Of a DNA stretch of 64,000 nt, positions 1-15,129 are shown in pieces. The position numbers and the translations under genes are program-made. The notes beneath the pieces were generated by a model. It made no database searches, was not told where the DNA came from, and saw only the letters and a program-made list of their open reading frames with translations. How positions within the stretch are numbered: position 1 is the first letter of the stretch; each line of letters starts with the position of its first letter. The stretch comes from Eledone cirrhosa (Eukaryota), in assembly GCA_964016885.1 (NCBI GenBank), contig OZ024741.1, positions 306,156,001 through 306,220,000 on the forward strand, given 5' to 3'.

Positions 1-490
1 ATGAATAAATATATACATATAAATAATATACATATATATAAATAAATATATATATAAATATATACATATATAAATAAATATATATATATATAAATATATA
101 CATATATAAATAAATATATATATATAAATATATACATATATAAATATATACATATATAAATAAATATATATATATAAATATATACATATATAAATAAATA
201 TATATATATATAAATAAATATATATATATAAATAAATATATATATATAAATAAATATATATATATAAATAAATATATATATATATATAAATAAATAATCA
301 TATATATATATATAAATAATCATATATAAATAAATATATATATATATAAATATATATATATATAAAAAATATATATATATATAAATAAATATATATATAT
401 ATATAAATAAATATATATATAAATAAATATATATATAAATAAATATATATATATAAATGAATATATATATAAATGTATATATATATATAA

Positions 491-529
<39 letters not shown>

Positions 530-570
530 TATATATATATATAAATAAATATATATATATATATAAATAA

Positions 571-603
<33 letters not shown>

Positions 604-668
604 TATATATATATATATAAATAAATATATATATATATATAGTCATGTAATAAACCACATAAGGTAAT

Positions 669-732
669 TTTTCCATTTACCAGTGGTTTCTTAAAAGCAA
701 AAAATGTTGCTTTCAATCATCAGAATGAAAAA
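669..732 (-). ncRNA. Type I hammerhead ribozyme, family A
   Basis: Minus strand: uuuucauu-CUGAUGA-uugaaagcaa(loop)uugcuuuuaa-GAAA-ccacugg-UA-aauggaaaa; stems I, II and III all pair. Confidence 0.85.
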
Positions 733-1168
733 ATCCTGGTCGATTTATTGAATTGGATTTTAAAAAAACGAAAATGCAGTCTATATGAAAGTGAGGCTGG
801 AGAAGGAAGAAGGAAAGGAAAAATGAAATAAACACACACACACACACACACACGATAAATATATATATATATATATAGATATATATATATAAATAAATAT
901 ATATATATAAATATATATATATATAAATATATATATATTTATTTATATATATAATTATATATATATATATTTATTTATATATATATATGTTTATTTATAT
1001 ATATATATATATAAATAAATATATATATATATATTTATTTATATATATAATAATATATATATATATAAATAAATATATATATATATATTTATTTATATAT
1101 ATAATAATATATATATATATATTTATTTATATATATATATGTTTATATATATATATATATACATATAT

Positions 1169-1986
1169 AAGTATGTACACGTACATACATATATATATAT
1201 ACAGACGTACAGTAGTATTTATATATATATACATACATGCACACATATAGATATGTACGTATGGATTCACCAAACATTTATTATAATGCTCGCTGTGTTT
1301 GTAAACAAACATTCCATATTAAGCCGTAGTGTCCAGCAACCATCGTTGCTCGTTTGTTCAACACTGACAAAGGAACGCTGTACTAGTTTCAAGCTTATTA
1401 GCTATCGTCAGCAACGTATACCTTCCTGCCAGATTGTTGAACGTATATACTTACCTTATGCATATTAACGGCGTAGTAGCCCAATTTGCATATCGAGTGG
1501 GTTAATCGGCCGGGTGCACCGAAAACGATAAACGGAAAAAATGAAACAAAATTTCATTTCCCACTCTTTGTACGGCTGTTACTTAAATATAAGTATGTAC
1601 ACGTACATACATATATATATACAGACGTACAGTAGTATGTATATATATATAGATACATGCGCACATATAGATATGTACATACAGATATATGAAGATAGCT
1701 AATAAGCTTGAAACTAGTACAGCGTTCCAGTGTTGAACAAACGAGCAACGACGGTTGCTGTACACTACGGCTTAGTACGGGATGTTTGTTTACAAACACA
1801 CCGAACATTATAATAAATGTTCGGTGAATCCATACGTACATATCTATATGTGTGCATGTATGTATATATATATACATACTACTGTACGTCTGTATACATA
1901 TATGTATGTACGTGTACATACTTATATTTAAGAAACAGCCGTACTAAGAGTGGGAAATGAAATTTTGTTTCATTTTTTCCGTTTAT
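1169..1986. mobile_element. Retrozyme-like element, family C: 422-bp unit (about 1.2 copies) plus an inverted arm of about 300 bp
   Basis: aagtatgtacacgtac recurs at 1169 and 1591; about 1690-1986 is the reverse complement of unit sequence; both outer ends lie in (TA)n; contains an HHR. Confidence 0.75.
1375..1417 (-). ncRNA. Minimal type I hammerhead ribozyme, family C
   Basis: acguug-CUGACGA-uagcu(aaua)agcuu-GAAA-cuag-UA-cagcgu; palindromic CUAG stem III. Confidence 0.85.
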
Positions 1987-2113
1987 ATATATATAATTAT
2001 ATATATATATATATTTATTTATATATATATATATATGTTTATTTATATATATATATATGTTTATTTATAATACGATATTAAATAAATGGAAACTATATTT
2101 ATAAAACCATATT

Positions 2114-2179
2114 TATTTCATTATATATATTTCAGGGATATCATATTAAAAATATGTTATGCCTTCTTCAGACAAAATA
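2114..2179 (-). ncRNA. Type I hammerhead ribozyme, family B (probably in the 3' pLTR of the adjacent PLE)
   Basis: uauuuugu-CUGAAGA-agg...ccu-GAAA-uauaua-UA-augaaaua; 8-bp stem I. Confidence 0.85.
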
Positions 2180-2433
2180 CAATATAAACAGTCTTATAAA
2201 TAGATAGATTTGACATACCTTTCAACTTCAACTTCCATTTAAAAAGTTGATTTGGTAGTGAAAAATGTTAGGGACAGTTATAAAAAGAAAGAAAGAAAGA
2301 AAAAAAACGAAGAAAAAGAAGAAATGCATGCAACTAAATAGAGAGAGATAGATATAGAGAGATAGATAGAGAGAGGAATTCATGTAAAGAAACAGAGAGA
2401 GATATATAGAGAGAGGAAAAAAAACACAGAGGG

Positions 2434-2479
<46 letters not shown>

Positions 2480-3527
2480 AAAAATAGAGAGAGATAGATA
2501 TAGATAGAGATAGAGAGAAAGAAAATAGGTAGTTGGGCACCAGTTGAATGACGTATCAATGATGTATTTATTTATTTATTTATTCATTTAGTTCTAGTAT
2601 TAATATAGAGAGAGATATATGTGGTTAGGAGAGAAAACAGCCGTTACATAGAGAGAAAAGAAAAAGAAAAATATCCAGACATAAACGAGGCAGATTTAAA
2701 ACACTATGTTTCATCAATGTAAAAATATCAATTCGTATGGAACCGCATTATAATGTAAATATCAGTATTCATGAATGAGACACGTATCAATAATGTGTGA
2801 AAAATAATGATCATATGTCTAGTTTAAAATTCCTAGGTTTATATCAGAGTTGAGATAAAATAGAAGGTTATCCCAGATTCGATACTATAGACATCCATGT
2901 GAATTTACGTGATCAACTCTGCAAATTCCTATTTCACACGAAAACATTCTCATTGTGCTATAAAAATTCTAGTATACATATATGTGTACATACACACAAA
3001 TATATATAGAGTCTACATTAATTTTAACAATACTATTCTTGTCTTTACTCTACATGATTATCGTTCAAGCATAAATAAAGAACAGATATCAATATATCAA
3101 TAAAAATATCAGAAATAAAAAATAAAAAAATATAAAAATATTAAAAATAAAAATATTAAAAATATTAAAAATAAAAAATAAAACATAGTATGCCCCGCAA
3201 ATCAACCACAGAGATCAACCCTTCAAGGTTAATTGACAATATATTGCCAAGTTCGTTATAAGCATCAGAATCAAAAGCAAACAAAACCAAAATTATTTAC
3301 CAAATCCTGTCTAGCAGAAATCATTCCAAAAGTTTAGGATACCCATTTGATCTACAGATGGTCTTATATTTAATATAGAGGTTTATCTAGTGTAAAATTT
3401 ATTCGATATATTTGGAGCATCAGCTTTTAGGGTAGTTCAATTATTCATGAAGAATGTTTAAAATAAAAAAGAAATCGAAAGATTTATCGGCGAGTTTCAT
3501 AAATAATTATAAATCAAGTTAAATATA

Positions 3528-5749
3528 CTACATTTTAAATTTATATTTATATTTAAAAGTTGAGTTCAATCTATGTCTGCAGCAACTGAATAAATTTGTC
3601 CGTAAATTAAGGGAATTTTTAGATTTTAGTATAAAGAATATCTCCTCCGCGTAGAGGTCACATGTCTCAGAGGATGAATTAAAAGGAATCCCTCTTGAGA
3701 CTATATTCCAAGCCGTCGAATATCCAACGTTATCATGCTTAAGTTGCCAGAGTAAGCCTGATAGTGATGTTGAAGATTTTTTGCTTGGATCTGTGAAAGA
3801 ATTCTTGTGGTTATTATAGCGAAGTTTAAATTCTGTCGAGGTGGAACCAACATAGTTAAAAGAATTTAAGTCCGTTTTAACATTACAGTTGTATATTATA
3901 TTTTTAACTAAGCAATTGTTATTTAACGGGCATTTAGATCTATCTCTACAGTTACATTTGTTAACTTGGATATTATTTATGCTATTATCGGTATTTTGGC
4001 TAGGTTTTAAATTCCTATTATTTATTCTATTAATATTTTGTGCTAAATTTTTGGTGGATGAGTAGGTTAATTTTATAGTATGTCTATTGAAAATTGAGTG
4101 ATACCTATGTGTTCTAGGGAAGCGATTATCAAGAGCATTAAAAAATAGTTTAGCGATGTGGGTTTTAATGTTTAGTGAGAAAGGGGGGGGGGGGGCAAAC
4201 CATATTATATTCCTAGTTCTATTTCTTTTTTGGCTTTTGGAATTATTGTAATGCTTTCTATTATAGTTGTTAAAGTTGTTGCCGTAATTAAAATTGTTGT
4301 TATTTTGGTTAGTTTGTCTATTATTATCTATGTACATAATTTTATCACTATATCCTGCTCTAGCTAACGCTTCATTGTAATACTGCGCTTTTTCGTCGAA
4401 AATCTTTTTATTAGATGAGATTCTAGAGATACGTTTTTGAACAGAGTTTACTATAGTATTTTTAACAGATCTGGGGTGGTTAGAGTTAAAGCTGACATAG
4501 TTTAAGTTTTCATTCAACTTGTGAAATGGATAGTGAAGACATGTTTTGAGATTTAATGTTACATCTAGGAAATTGACTATTCTATGGTTATTCTCAATTT
4601 CTATTTTTAGATTAAAGTAATTAAAAAATTGTGTAATTTGTTTTCTTTTTCTATTTAGTTCAGAGTTATTATTTTCAATAAGTAAAAGCATGTCATCTCT
4701 ATATAAACCTCCGGTAGCACCGGGTATTTTCCTATGCAGCGAATTGATTATAAATAGGCCTACAAGGTCAGTTACCTGAGCTGAGTCGGATGATCCCATA
4801 GTAATGTCGAAATTGTTATCTCTATCTGATCTGGTCCATAGTTGATCATTAAATTCTATCAATGTTTTCCTAGCCGATAATATAATGTGCATTTCATTGC
4901 TAGTTAGGTCTGTATGTTTGAATGCGTAATTTAGTGCCTTATTTAGTAGATTAGGGGTAATAGATGAATAATAGTTAGCAATATCTAGTTGAATAAATTT
5001 ATTATTATTGTTATATTTAATTTCTTTAAACCACTCAATAACCTCTCCAGTTCCCTTCCACAAGCTCAAGTTAGGTAAACAATTCAAGTTTTTAATTTGC
5101 TGTATCACCCTGTCTAGAATGTTTTTGCTTAGTTTACCCAGGTCAGATTTTGATGGTGCAATCAATCTGACTGGCAGGTCATTTTCAAAATTTCTTTTGT
5201 GATCTTTCATATTGATCTTCGGTTTCCTGGGCACGAAAGGTTGTGTTCTGTTCTCAATTTCCAACTCATGCATTATACAAGATGCCTCAACATTCATTTT
5301 CTCAAGCTCAGCCTTATCTGCTACCTTGTACTTTTTCCTCAGTTCTTTCAGTATGAGGCCATGTCTTTTTGCACTCCATAGAGGTTGTTGGTCTTGTCAG
5401 ATTTCACCAAGATCTTCTCAGTTTTCTCTAAGCTCTCAATATTATCCTTAATGGCTTTCAGATATTCCTGGCCTTTGAAGTTTCTCTTGAATTTGACTCC
5501 TTGTATGATAGAAATTATATCGTTTTCAAAGTCAAATAAAAGTTTGTTGGGGGGTGGATTTCTTTTAGATTTGAAAACTTTGTCTAAGTCCGAGACATTT
5601 TCATTTATATTAGATTTATCAAAGTGGAATGCCCGCCACCTGATTCTCCTTATAAAAGAGTCAGATTTATCTATTAATTGTTTAATAAAGTCTTTGTTTC
5701 TAGGTAGAGGTATGTCTTTTAAAGAGGAAGAGATCTTAAAGAATTCCAT
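3528..5749 (-). mobile_element. Penelope-like element ORF (RT plus C-terminal GIY-YIG endonuclease), Hydra-type; one frameshift near 5365
   Basis: RT motifs QLDIANYY, MGSSDS and YRDD; linker CNCRDRSKC (CxCx5C); GIY-YIG-like NIIY..YVGST..R. ORF 5348-5749 joins 3528-5297 through a frameshift (GLILKELRKKYK is read in the downstream frame). The 5' end abuts (TA)n. Confidence 0.92.
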
Positions 5750-5839
5750 TTTTTCAGTTATAATATGTTTATTTATATATATATATATATATAATTATAT
5801 ATATATATATATTTATTTATATATATATATATATATAAT

Positions 5840-5870
<31 letters not shown>

Positions 5871-5881
5871 ATATATATAAT

Positions 5882-5912
<31 letters not shown>

Positions 5913-5923
5913 ATATATATAAT

Positions 5924-5956
<33 letters not shown>

Positions 5957-5969
5957 ATATATATATAAT

Positions 5970-6000
<31 letters not shown>

Positions 6001-6005
6001 ATAAT

Positions 6006-6036
<31 letters not shown>

Positions 6037-6073
6037 ATATATATATATAATTATATATATATATATATTTAAT

Positions 6074-6104
<31 letters not shown>

Positions 6105-6181
6105 ATATATATATATAATTATATATATATTTATATATATATATATATATATATATAATTATATATATATATATATTTAAT

Positions 6182-6212
<31 letters not shown>

Positions 6213-6223
6213 ATATATATAAT

Positions 6224-6254
<31 letters not shown>

Positions 6255-6335
6255 ATATATATAATTATATATATATATATATTTAATTATATATATATAT
6301 ATATTTATTTATATATATAATTATATATATATATA

Positions 6336-6457
<122 letters not shown>

Positions 6458-6478
6458 ATATAATTATATATATATATA

Positions 6479-6522
<44 letters not shown>

Positions 6523-6564
6523 TATATATATATATATTTATTTATATATATATATATATATAAT

Positions 6565-6599
<35 letters not shown>

Positions 6600-6606
6600 A
6601 TATAAT

Positions 6607-6641
<35 letters not shown>

Positions 6642-6650
6642 ATATATAAT

Positions 6651-6806
<156 letters not shown>

Positions 6807-6904
6807 TATATATATATATATATATATAATTATATATATATATATATTTATTTATATATATATGTTTATTTATATATATATATATATATAATTATATATA
6901 TATG

Positions 6905-6950
<46 letters not shown>

Positions 6951-7207
6951 TATATATATATATATGTTTATTTATATATATATATATGTTTATTTATTTT
7001 TATATATATATATATATATAATTATATATATATATATGTTTATTTATATATATATATATGTTTATTTATTTTTATATATATATATTATATATATATATAT
7101 ATATATTTATTTATATATATATATGTTTATTTATATATAATTTATACATATATAATATATATATATATAATTATATATATATATTTATGTATTTATATAT
7201 ATATATG

Positions 7208-7239
<32 letters not shown>

Positions 7240-7433
7240 ATTATATATATATATATTTATTTATATATAAATATATATATATAATTATATATATATTTAT
7301 TTATATATATATATGTATATTTATATATATATATATATATATATATAATTATATATATATATATTTATTTATATATATATATATGTTTCTTTATATATAT
7401 ATATATATATATATAATTATATCTATATTTATT

Positions 7434-7465
<32 letters not shown>

Positions 7466-8079
7466 TATTTATATATATATATTTATTCATATATATATAT
7501 TTATTCATATATATATATTTATTTATATATATATATTTATTCATATATATATATTTATTTATATATATATGTATATATTTATATCTATATTTATTTATAT
7601 ATATATATATTTATATATATATATATATATTTATTTATATATATATATTTATTTATATATATATATTTATTTATATATATATATTTATTCATATATATAT
7701 ATTTATTCATATATATATATTTATTTATATATATATATGTATATATTTATATATATATATATATGTATATATTTATATATATATATATATGTATATATTT
7801 ATATATATATATATATATGTATATATTTAAATATATATATGTATATATTTATTTATATATATATGTATATATTTATTTTTATATATATGTATATATTTAT
7901 ATATATATATATGTATATATTTATTTATTTATATATGTATATATTTATTTTTATATATATGTATATATTTATATATATATATAAGTATATATTTATTTAC
8001 ATATATAAGTATATATTTATTTATATATATATGTATATATTTATTTATATATATATGTATTTATATATATATTTATATA

Positions 8080-8124
<45 letters not shown>

Positions 8125-8422
8125 TTATTTATGTAAATACATATTTATTTATATATATATATGTATATATTTATTTATATATATATATGTATATATTTAT
8201 TTTTATATATATATGTATATATTTATTGATATATATATATGTATATATTTATTTATATATATATATGTATATATTTATTTATATATATATTATTTATTTA
8301 TATATATTTATTTATATATATATATTTATTTATATATATTTATTTATATATATATATTTATTTATATATATATGTATATATTTATTTATATATATATATT
8401 TATTTGTATATATATATTTATT

Positions 8423-8455
<33 letters not shown>

Positions 8456-8668
8456 ATTTATTTATATATATATATATTTATTTATATATATTTATTTATA
8501 TATATATATTTATTTATATATATATATATTTATTTATATATATATTTATATATATATATATATTTATTCATATATATATTTATATATATATATTAATTTA
8601 TATATATATATATATATATATTTATTTATATATATATATTTATTCATATATATATATTTATTTATATA

Positions 8669-8708
<40 letters not shown>

Positions 8709-8734
8709 TGTAATAAACAACATAAGGCAATTAT

Positions 8735-8792
8735 TCCATTTACCAGCGGTTTCTTAAAAGCAAAAATTTTGCTTTCAATCATCAGAATGAAA
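8735..8792 (-). ncRNA. Type I hammerhead ribozyme, family A
   Basis: uucauu-CUGAUGA-uugaaagcaaaa...uugcuuuuaa-GAAA-ccgcugg-UA-aauggaa; lies in an element spanning about 8704-9720. Confidence 0.85.
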
Positions 8793-9636
8793 AGATCCTG
8801 GTTTATTTATTGAATTGGATTCTTAAAAAACAAAAATTCAGTCTATATGAAAGTGAGGCTGGAGAAGGAAGAAGGAAAGGAAAAATAAAATATAAACACA
8901 CATGCAAACACACACACACACACACACGATTATATACATCCACATATATATATAAATATATATATATACATACACATATACATACACACACACATATACA
9001 CATATATATGTTTATATATATATATATACATACACATATACATACATAAATATCAACATATCCATACATACACATACATATATACAACCACACACATATA
9101 TATACATTTATATAAATATAAATATATATATATATGCATACACATTCCCATACATAGCCATACACACACACATATACATACATACACACGTACATATAAA
9201 CACATACATACACACATATGTACATGGATACATATGCATGTACAATATCAGAAAAATATACACACACCTCTACATATTCACACACGCAAATAAATATAAG
9301 AAAAAATATATATATAAAAAAATAATAAAGACAAAAGTTGACAGCGATACAGGCAACAAATAAATGAAAAAACACACGTGGTAAGCAATACACACAAATG
9401 CACGTACACATACATACGTAAAAATAAATACATACACACACTCTCACACATAAATATATATATACAAATACATAAACACATACATACGCATACACAAATA
9501 CATACGCACACACACACACATATATATATACTCACACACATATACTTACATACATATATACACACATACATACATAGCCATACAATTATACACATACAAA
9601 TACGTACATATCACAAACACGCACAACCAAATACAT

Positions 9637-9704
<68 letters not shown>

Positions 9705-9754
9705 AAAACTCATTCTTAGTTAATTCATATGAACCTTATTTAACTCTAAAATAT

Positions 9755-9787
<33 letters not shown>

Positions 9788-9860
9788 CACATACATACTT
9801 ACTAACATACACATATATACCTACACACACATATATACATACACATATGTATGCATACGT

Positions 9861-9927
<67 letters not shown>

Positions 9928-10088
9928 TATATATATAAATAATATATAAATATATAGATAAATATATATATATAAATAATATATAAATATATATATACAC
10001 ATCCATACACATACATACTAACATACACATATATATCTACACACACATATATACATACACATACGTATGCATACGTACACACACACAG

Positions 10089-10135
<47 letters not shown>

Positions 10136-10577
10136 TATATATATAAATAATATATAAATATATAAATAAATATATATATATAAATAATATATAAATATAT
10201 AAATAAATATATATATATAAATAATATATATATATAAATAAATATATATATATAAATAAATAAATATATATATAAATTAATATATACAATATAAATATAT
10301 ATAAATAAATATATATAGATATATAAATATATATATTTATATAAATATTTATATATATAAATATATATATATATATATAAATAAAAAAATATATATATAT
10401 ATAAATAAATATATATATATATATAAATAAATATATATATATATAAATAAATATATATATATAAATAAATATATATATATATATAAATAAATATATATAT
10501 ATATATAAATAAATATATATATATATAAATAAATATACGATATTAATAAATGGAAACTATATTTATAAAATCATATT

Positions 10578-10642
10578 TATTTCATTATACTTATTTCAAG
10601 GATACCACTTTAAATTATGGTATGCCTTCATCAGACAAAATA
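10578..10642 (-). ncRNA. Type I hammerhead ribozyme, family B
   Basis: CUGAUGA core, stem II auacca/ugguau, GAAA-uaagua-UA; lies in a fragment at about 10536-10820. Confidence 0.75.
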
Positions 10643-10883
10643 CAATATATAACAGTTTTACAAATAGCTTTGACGTACCCTTTTAAAATGCAACCATTAC
10701 TTTTGGAGGCTGTCTGGATAGTGATTTGTTTATATTATTTTAATAAGTCATAGTGTTAAGCACAATTAGAAAAAGACGGAGAGAAAGAAAAAAATAAAAA
10801 AGACGGAGAGAGAGAAAAATTTATATATATATATTTATATATAAATATATATATTTATTTATATATATATATTTATTTATATA

Positions 10884-10961
<78 letters not shown>

Positions 10962-11245
10962 TGTAATAAACAACATAAGGCAATTATTCTATTATATATA
11001 TATATATAAGTAAATATATATATATAAATAAATATATATATATAAATAAATATATATATATATAAATAAATATATATATATATAAATAAATATATATATA
11101 TAAATAAATATAAATTAATAAAAATAATGAATAAAACAAAGAAACAGTTCCTAATATTAAAAAATTCATCATTTTACGATCGTTTCTAGGATCTATATAT
11201 GTGTGTGTTGGTATGTATATCATATAGATCTATGTAAAAATTATA

Positions 11246-11379
11246 CATTATTTCTGAAGATAGCATATATATGTGTAGGTATGTATATTACCTCTGATAG
11301 TTTGTAAATTTTTTACATAGATCTATATGATATACATACCAACACACATATATATCCTAGAAACGATCATAAAATGATG
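11246..11379 (+). ncRNA. Type I hammerhead ribozyme with an extended stem II of about 100 nt (family H)
   Basis: cauuauuu-CUGAAGA-uag[long hairpin]cua-GAAA-cgauca-UA-aaaugaug; the inverted partial copy at about 11112-11242 has the intact palindrome cgaucg. Confidence 0.75.
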
Positions 11380-11575
11380 AATATTTTTAATATAAGGAAC
11401 TGTTTCTTTGTTTTTATTCATTATTTTTATTAATTTATCTTGACTCTGTTTTCCTGTGTATTTCATCGAAAAAACTTTGAATACATCTTCTCTTTTCACG
11501 ATATTTGGATTACATTGAGTTCTTCATACGGATTGGACACTAGCGTATATTTTGGTAGATTTATCTACATATAAT

Positions 11576-11653
<78 letters not shown>

Positions 11654-11694
11654 TATATATATATATATAATTATATATATATATATATAATTAA

Positions 11695-11775
<81 letters not shown>

Positions 11776-11780
11776 ATTAA

Positions 11781-11865
<85 letters not shown>

Positions 11866-11870
11866 ATTAA

Positions 11871-11915
<45 letters not shown>

Positions 11916-11998
11916 TTTATATATATATATATATATATCGTTATACTTTGGGAGGGTTGGACACTACCGTATATTTTGGTAGATTTATCTAGATATGA

Positions 11999-12044
<46 letters not shown>

Positions 12045-12221
12045 TAATTATATAAGTAATACATATAATTAAATATATAATTAAATATATATATATAATT
12101 AAATACATATATGTATAATTAAATATATATATATATAATTAAATATATATATATATATAATTAAATATATATATATATATATAATTAAATATATATATAT
12201 ATATAATTAAATATATATATA

Positions 12222-12761
12222 TATACTTGGGGAGGGTCATATTTGTGTAATATTGTCAGAATTAATAACAGAACACACGCACTGTTTGGTTGGTTTTCGC
12301 TTCTCGCTGTCTTTTATATCTGCAATCTAACTTGCTCGGTCCTCAATGTTGCCATTGACTGACCGACGGTCAAAAATAATACAGATACAATATAGACACA
12401 AACACATAGACAGACTGAATAAAAAATGGCGTAGACATACAACACAACAGGAGTAAAAAATATAACACCACTGACGATGTTGCAGATGTGCAACGAAAGA
12501 TTTATGTAAATTATGTAAACTATATATATGTGTTTGTGTCTATATTGTATCTGTATTATTTTTGACCGTCGGTCAGTCAATGGCAACATTGAGGACCGAG
12601 TAAGTTAGATTGCAGATATAAAAGACAGCGAGAAGCGAAAACCAACCAAAAAGTGAGTGTGTTCTGTTATTAATTCTGGCAATATTACACAAATGTGACC
12701 CTCCCCAAGTATAACAATATTTGTTTCGACACACGATTTCATATAAAAAACCTCGCTAAAC
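12222..12761. mobile_element. PLE pLTR fragment with inverted duplication (family D); HHR-like motif at about 12468-12513 (+)
   Basis: About 12222-12406 is the reverse complement of about 12528-12712. CUGACGA-u-guugca(gaug)ugcaac-GAAA-gauu-UA with a weak stem I. The tail is homologous to 45115-45182. Confidence 0.75.
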
Positions 12762-12805
<44 letters not shown>

Positions 12806-13206
12806 TATATATATATATATAATTAAAAATATAAATATATAATTAAATATATATATAAATATATAATTAAATATAAATATATAATTAAATATCGGTGCCC
12901 CAGCATGGCCTCAGCCGGATGGCTGAAACAGGTAAAAGAGTATATATATAATTAAATATATATATATATAAATATATAATTAAATATATATATATATAAT
13001 TAAATATATATATATATATATATATAATTAAATATATATATATATAATTAAATATATATATATATATATATATAATTAAAAATATATATATATAATTAAA
13101 TATATATATATATATATAATTAAATATATATATATATAATTAAATATATATATATATAAATATATAATTAAATATATATATATATAATTAAATATATATA
13201 TATAAT

Positions 13207-13250
<44 letters not shown>

Positions 13251-13335
13251 TATATATATATATAATTAAATATATATATAAATATATAATTAAATATATA
13301 TATATATAATTAAATATATATATATATAATTAAAT

Positions 13336-13366
<31 letters not shown>

Positions 13367-13482
13367 AATATATATATAAATATATAATTAAATATATATA
13401 TATATAATTAAATATATATATATATAATTAAATATATATACAATATTAAATAAATGGAAAACTATATTTATAAAACCATATT

Positions 13483-13548
13483 TATTTCATTATATATATT
13501 TCGGGGATATCATATTAACAATATGCTATGCCTTCATCAGACAAAATA
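13483..13548 (-). ncRNA. Type I hammerhead ribozyme, family B
   Basis: Same fold, CUGAUGA core; lies in a fragment at about 13440-13622 within (TA)n. Confidence 0.75.
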
Positions 13549-13727
13549 CAATATAAACAGTTTTATAGACATATAGGTTCGACATACCGTTATAACACCG
13601 ACTTCATTTGAAGAGGTTTACTATATATATATAAATATATATATATAAATATATATATAAATATATAATTAAATATATATATATATATATATATATAAAT
13701 ATATATATAAATATATAAATATATAAT

Positions 13728-13765
<38 letters not shown>

Positions 13766-13876
13766 TATATATATATATAATTAAATATATATATATATAT
13801 AAATATATAATTAAATATATATATATATAATTAAATATATATATATATATATAAATATATATATATATAAATAAAT

Positions 13877-13907
<31 letters not shown>

Positions 13908-14047
13908 AATATATATATAAATATATAATTAAATATATATATATATAATTAAATATATATATATATATAATTAAATATATATATATATATAATTAAATAT
14001 ATATATATATAAATATATATATATAAATATATATATAAATATATAAT

Positions 14048-14085
<38 letters not shown>

Positions 14086-14118
14086 TATATATAAATATAT
14101 AAATATATAATTAAATAT

Positions 14119-14150
<32 letters not shown>

Positions 14151-14572
14151 TTATAAATATATATATAAATATATATATAAATATATATATAAATATATAT
14201 ATAAATATATATATAAATAAATATATAAATATATATATAAATAAATATATAAATAAATATATAAATAAATATATAAATATATATATATAAATAAATATAT
14301 ATATATATATATAAATATAAATAAATATATATATAAATATATATATAAATATATATATATATAAATATATATATAAATATATATATAAATAAATATATAT
14401 ATAAATATATATATAAATAAATATATATATATAAATATTTATATAAATATATATATAAATAAATTTATATATATATATATAAATTTTTATATATATATAT
14501 AAATTTTTATATATATATATATAAATTTTTATATATATATATATAAATTTTTATATATATATATATATATAA

Positions 14573-14607
<35 letters not shown>

Positions 14608-14872
14608 AATATATATATAAATAAATATATATATAAGTAAATATATATATATATATAAATATATATATAAATATATATATAAATAAATATATATAATTAT
14701 ATATATAAATAAATATATATATATAAATATTTATATAAATATATATATAAATATATATATAAATAAATTTATATATATATATATAAATTTTTATATATAT
14801 ATATAAATTTTTATATATATATATATAAATTTTTATATATATATATATAAATTTTTATATATATATATATAA

Positions 14873-14903
<31 letters not shown>

Positions 14904-14904
14904 A

Positions 14905-14937
<33 letters not shown>

Positions 14938-15129
14938 AATATATATATAAATAAATATATATACAAATATATATATATATAAATATATATATAAATAAAT
15001 ATATATATAAGTAAATATATATATATATATAAATATATATATAAATATATATATAAATAAATATATATATAAGTAAATATATATATATATATATAAATAT
15101 ATATATAAATAAATATATATATATATATT

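Noticed and set aside
5348-5350. UGA between the two PLE ORFs read as selenocysteine (Naiad-like)
   Set aside because: The downstream ORF is in a different frame, so a frameshift explains the break; the endonuclease is also C-terminal.
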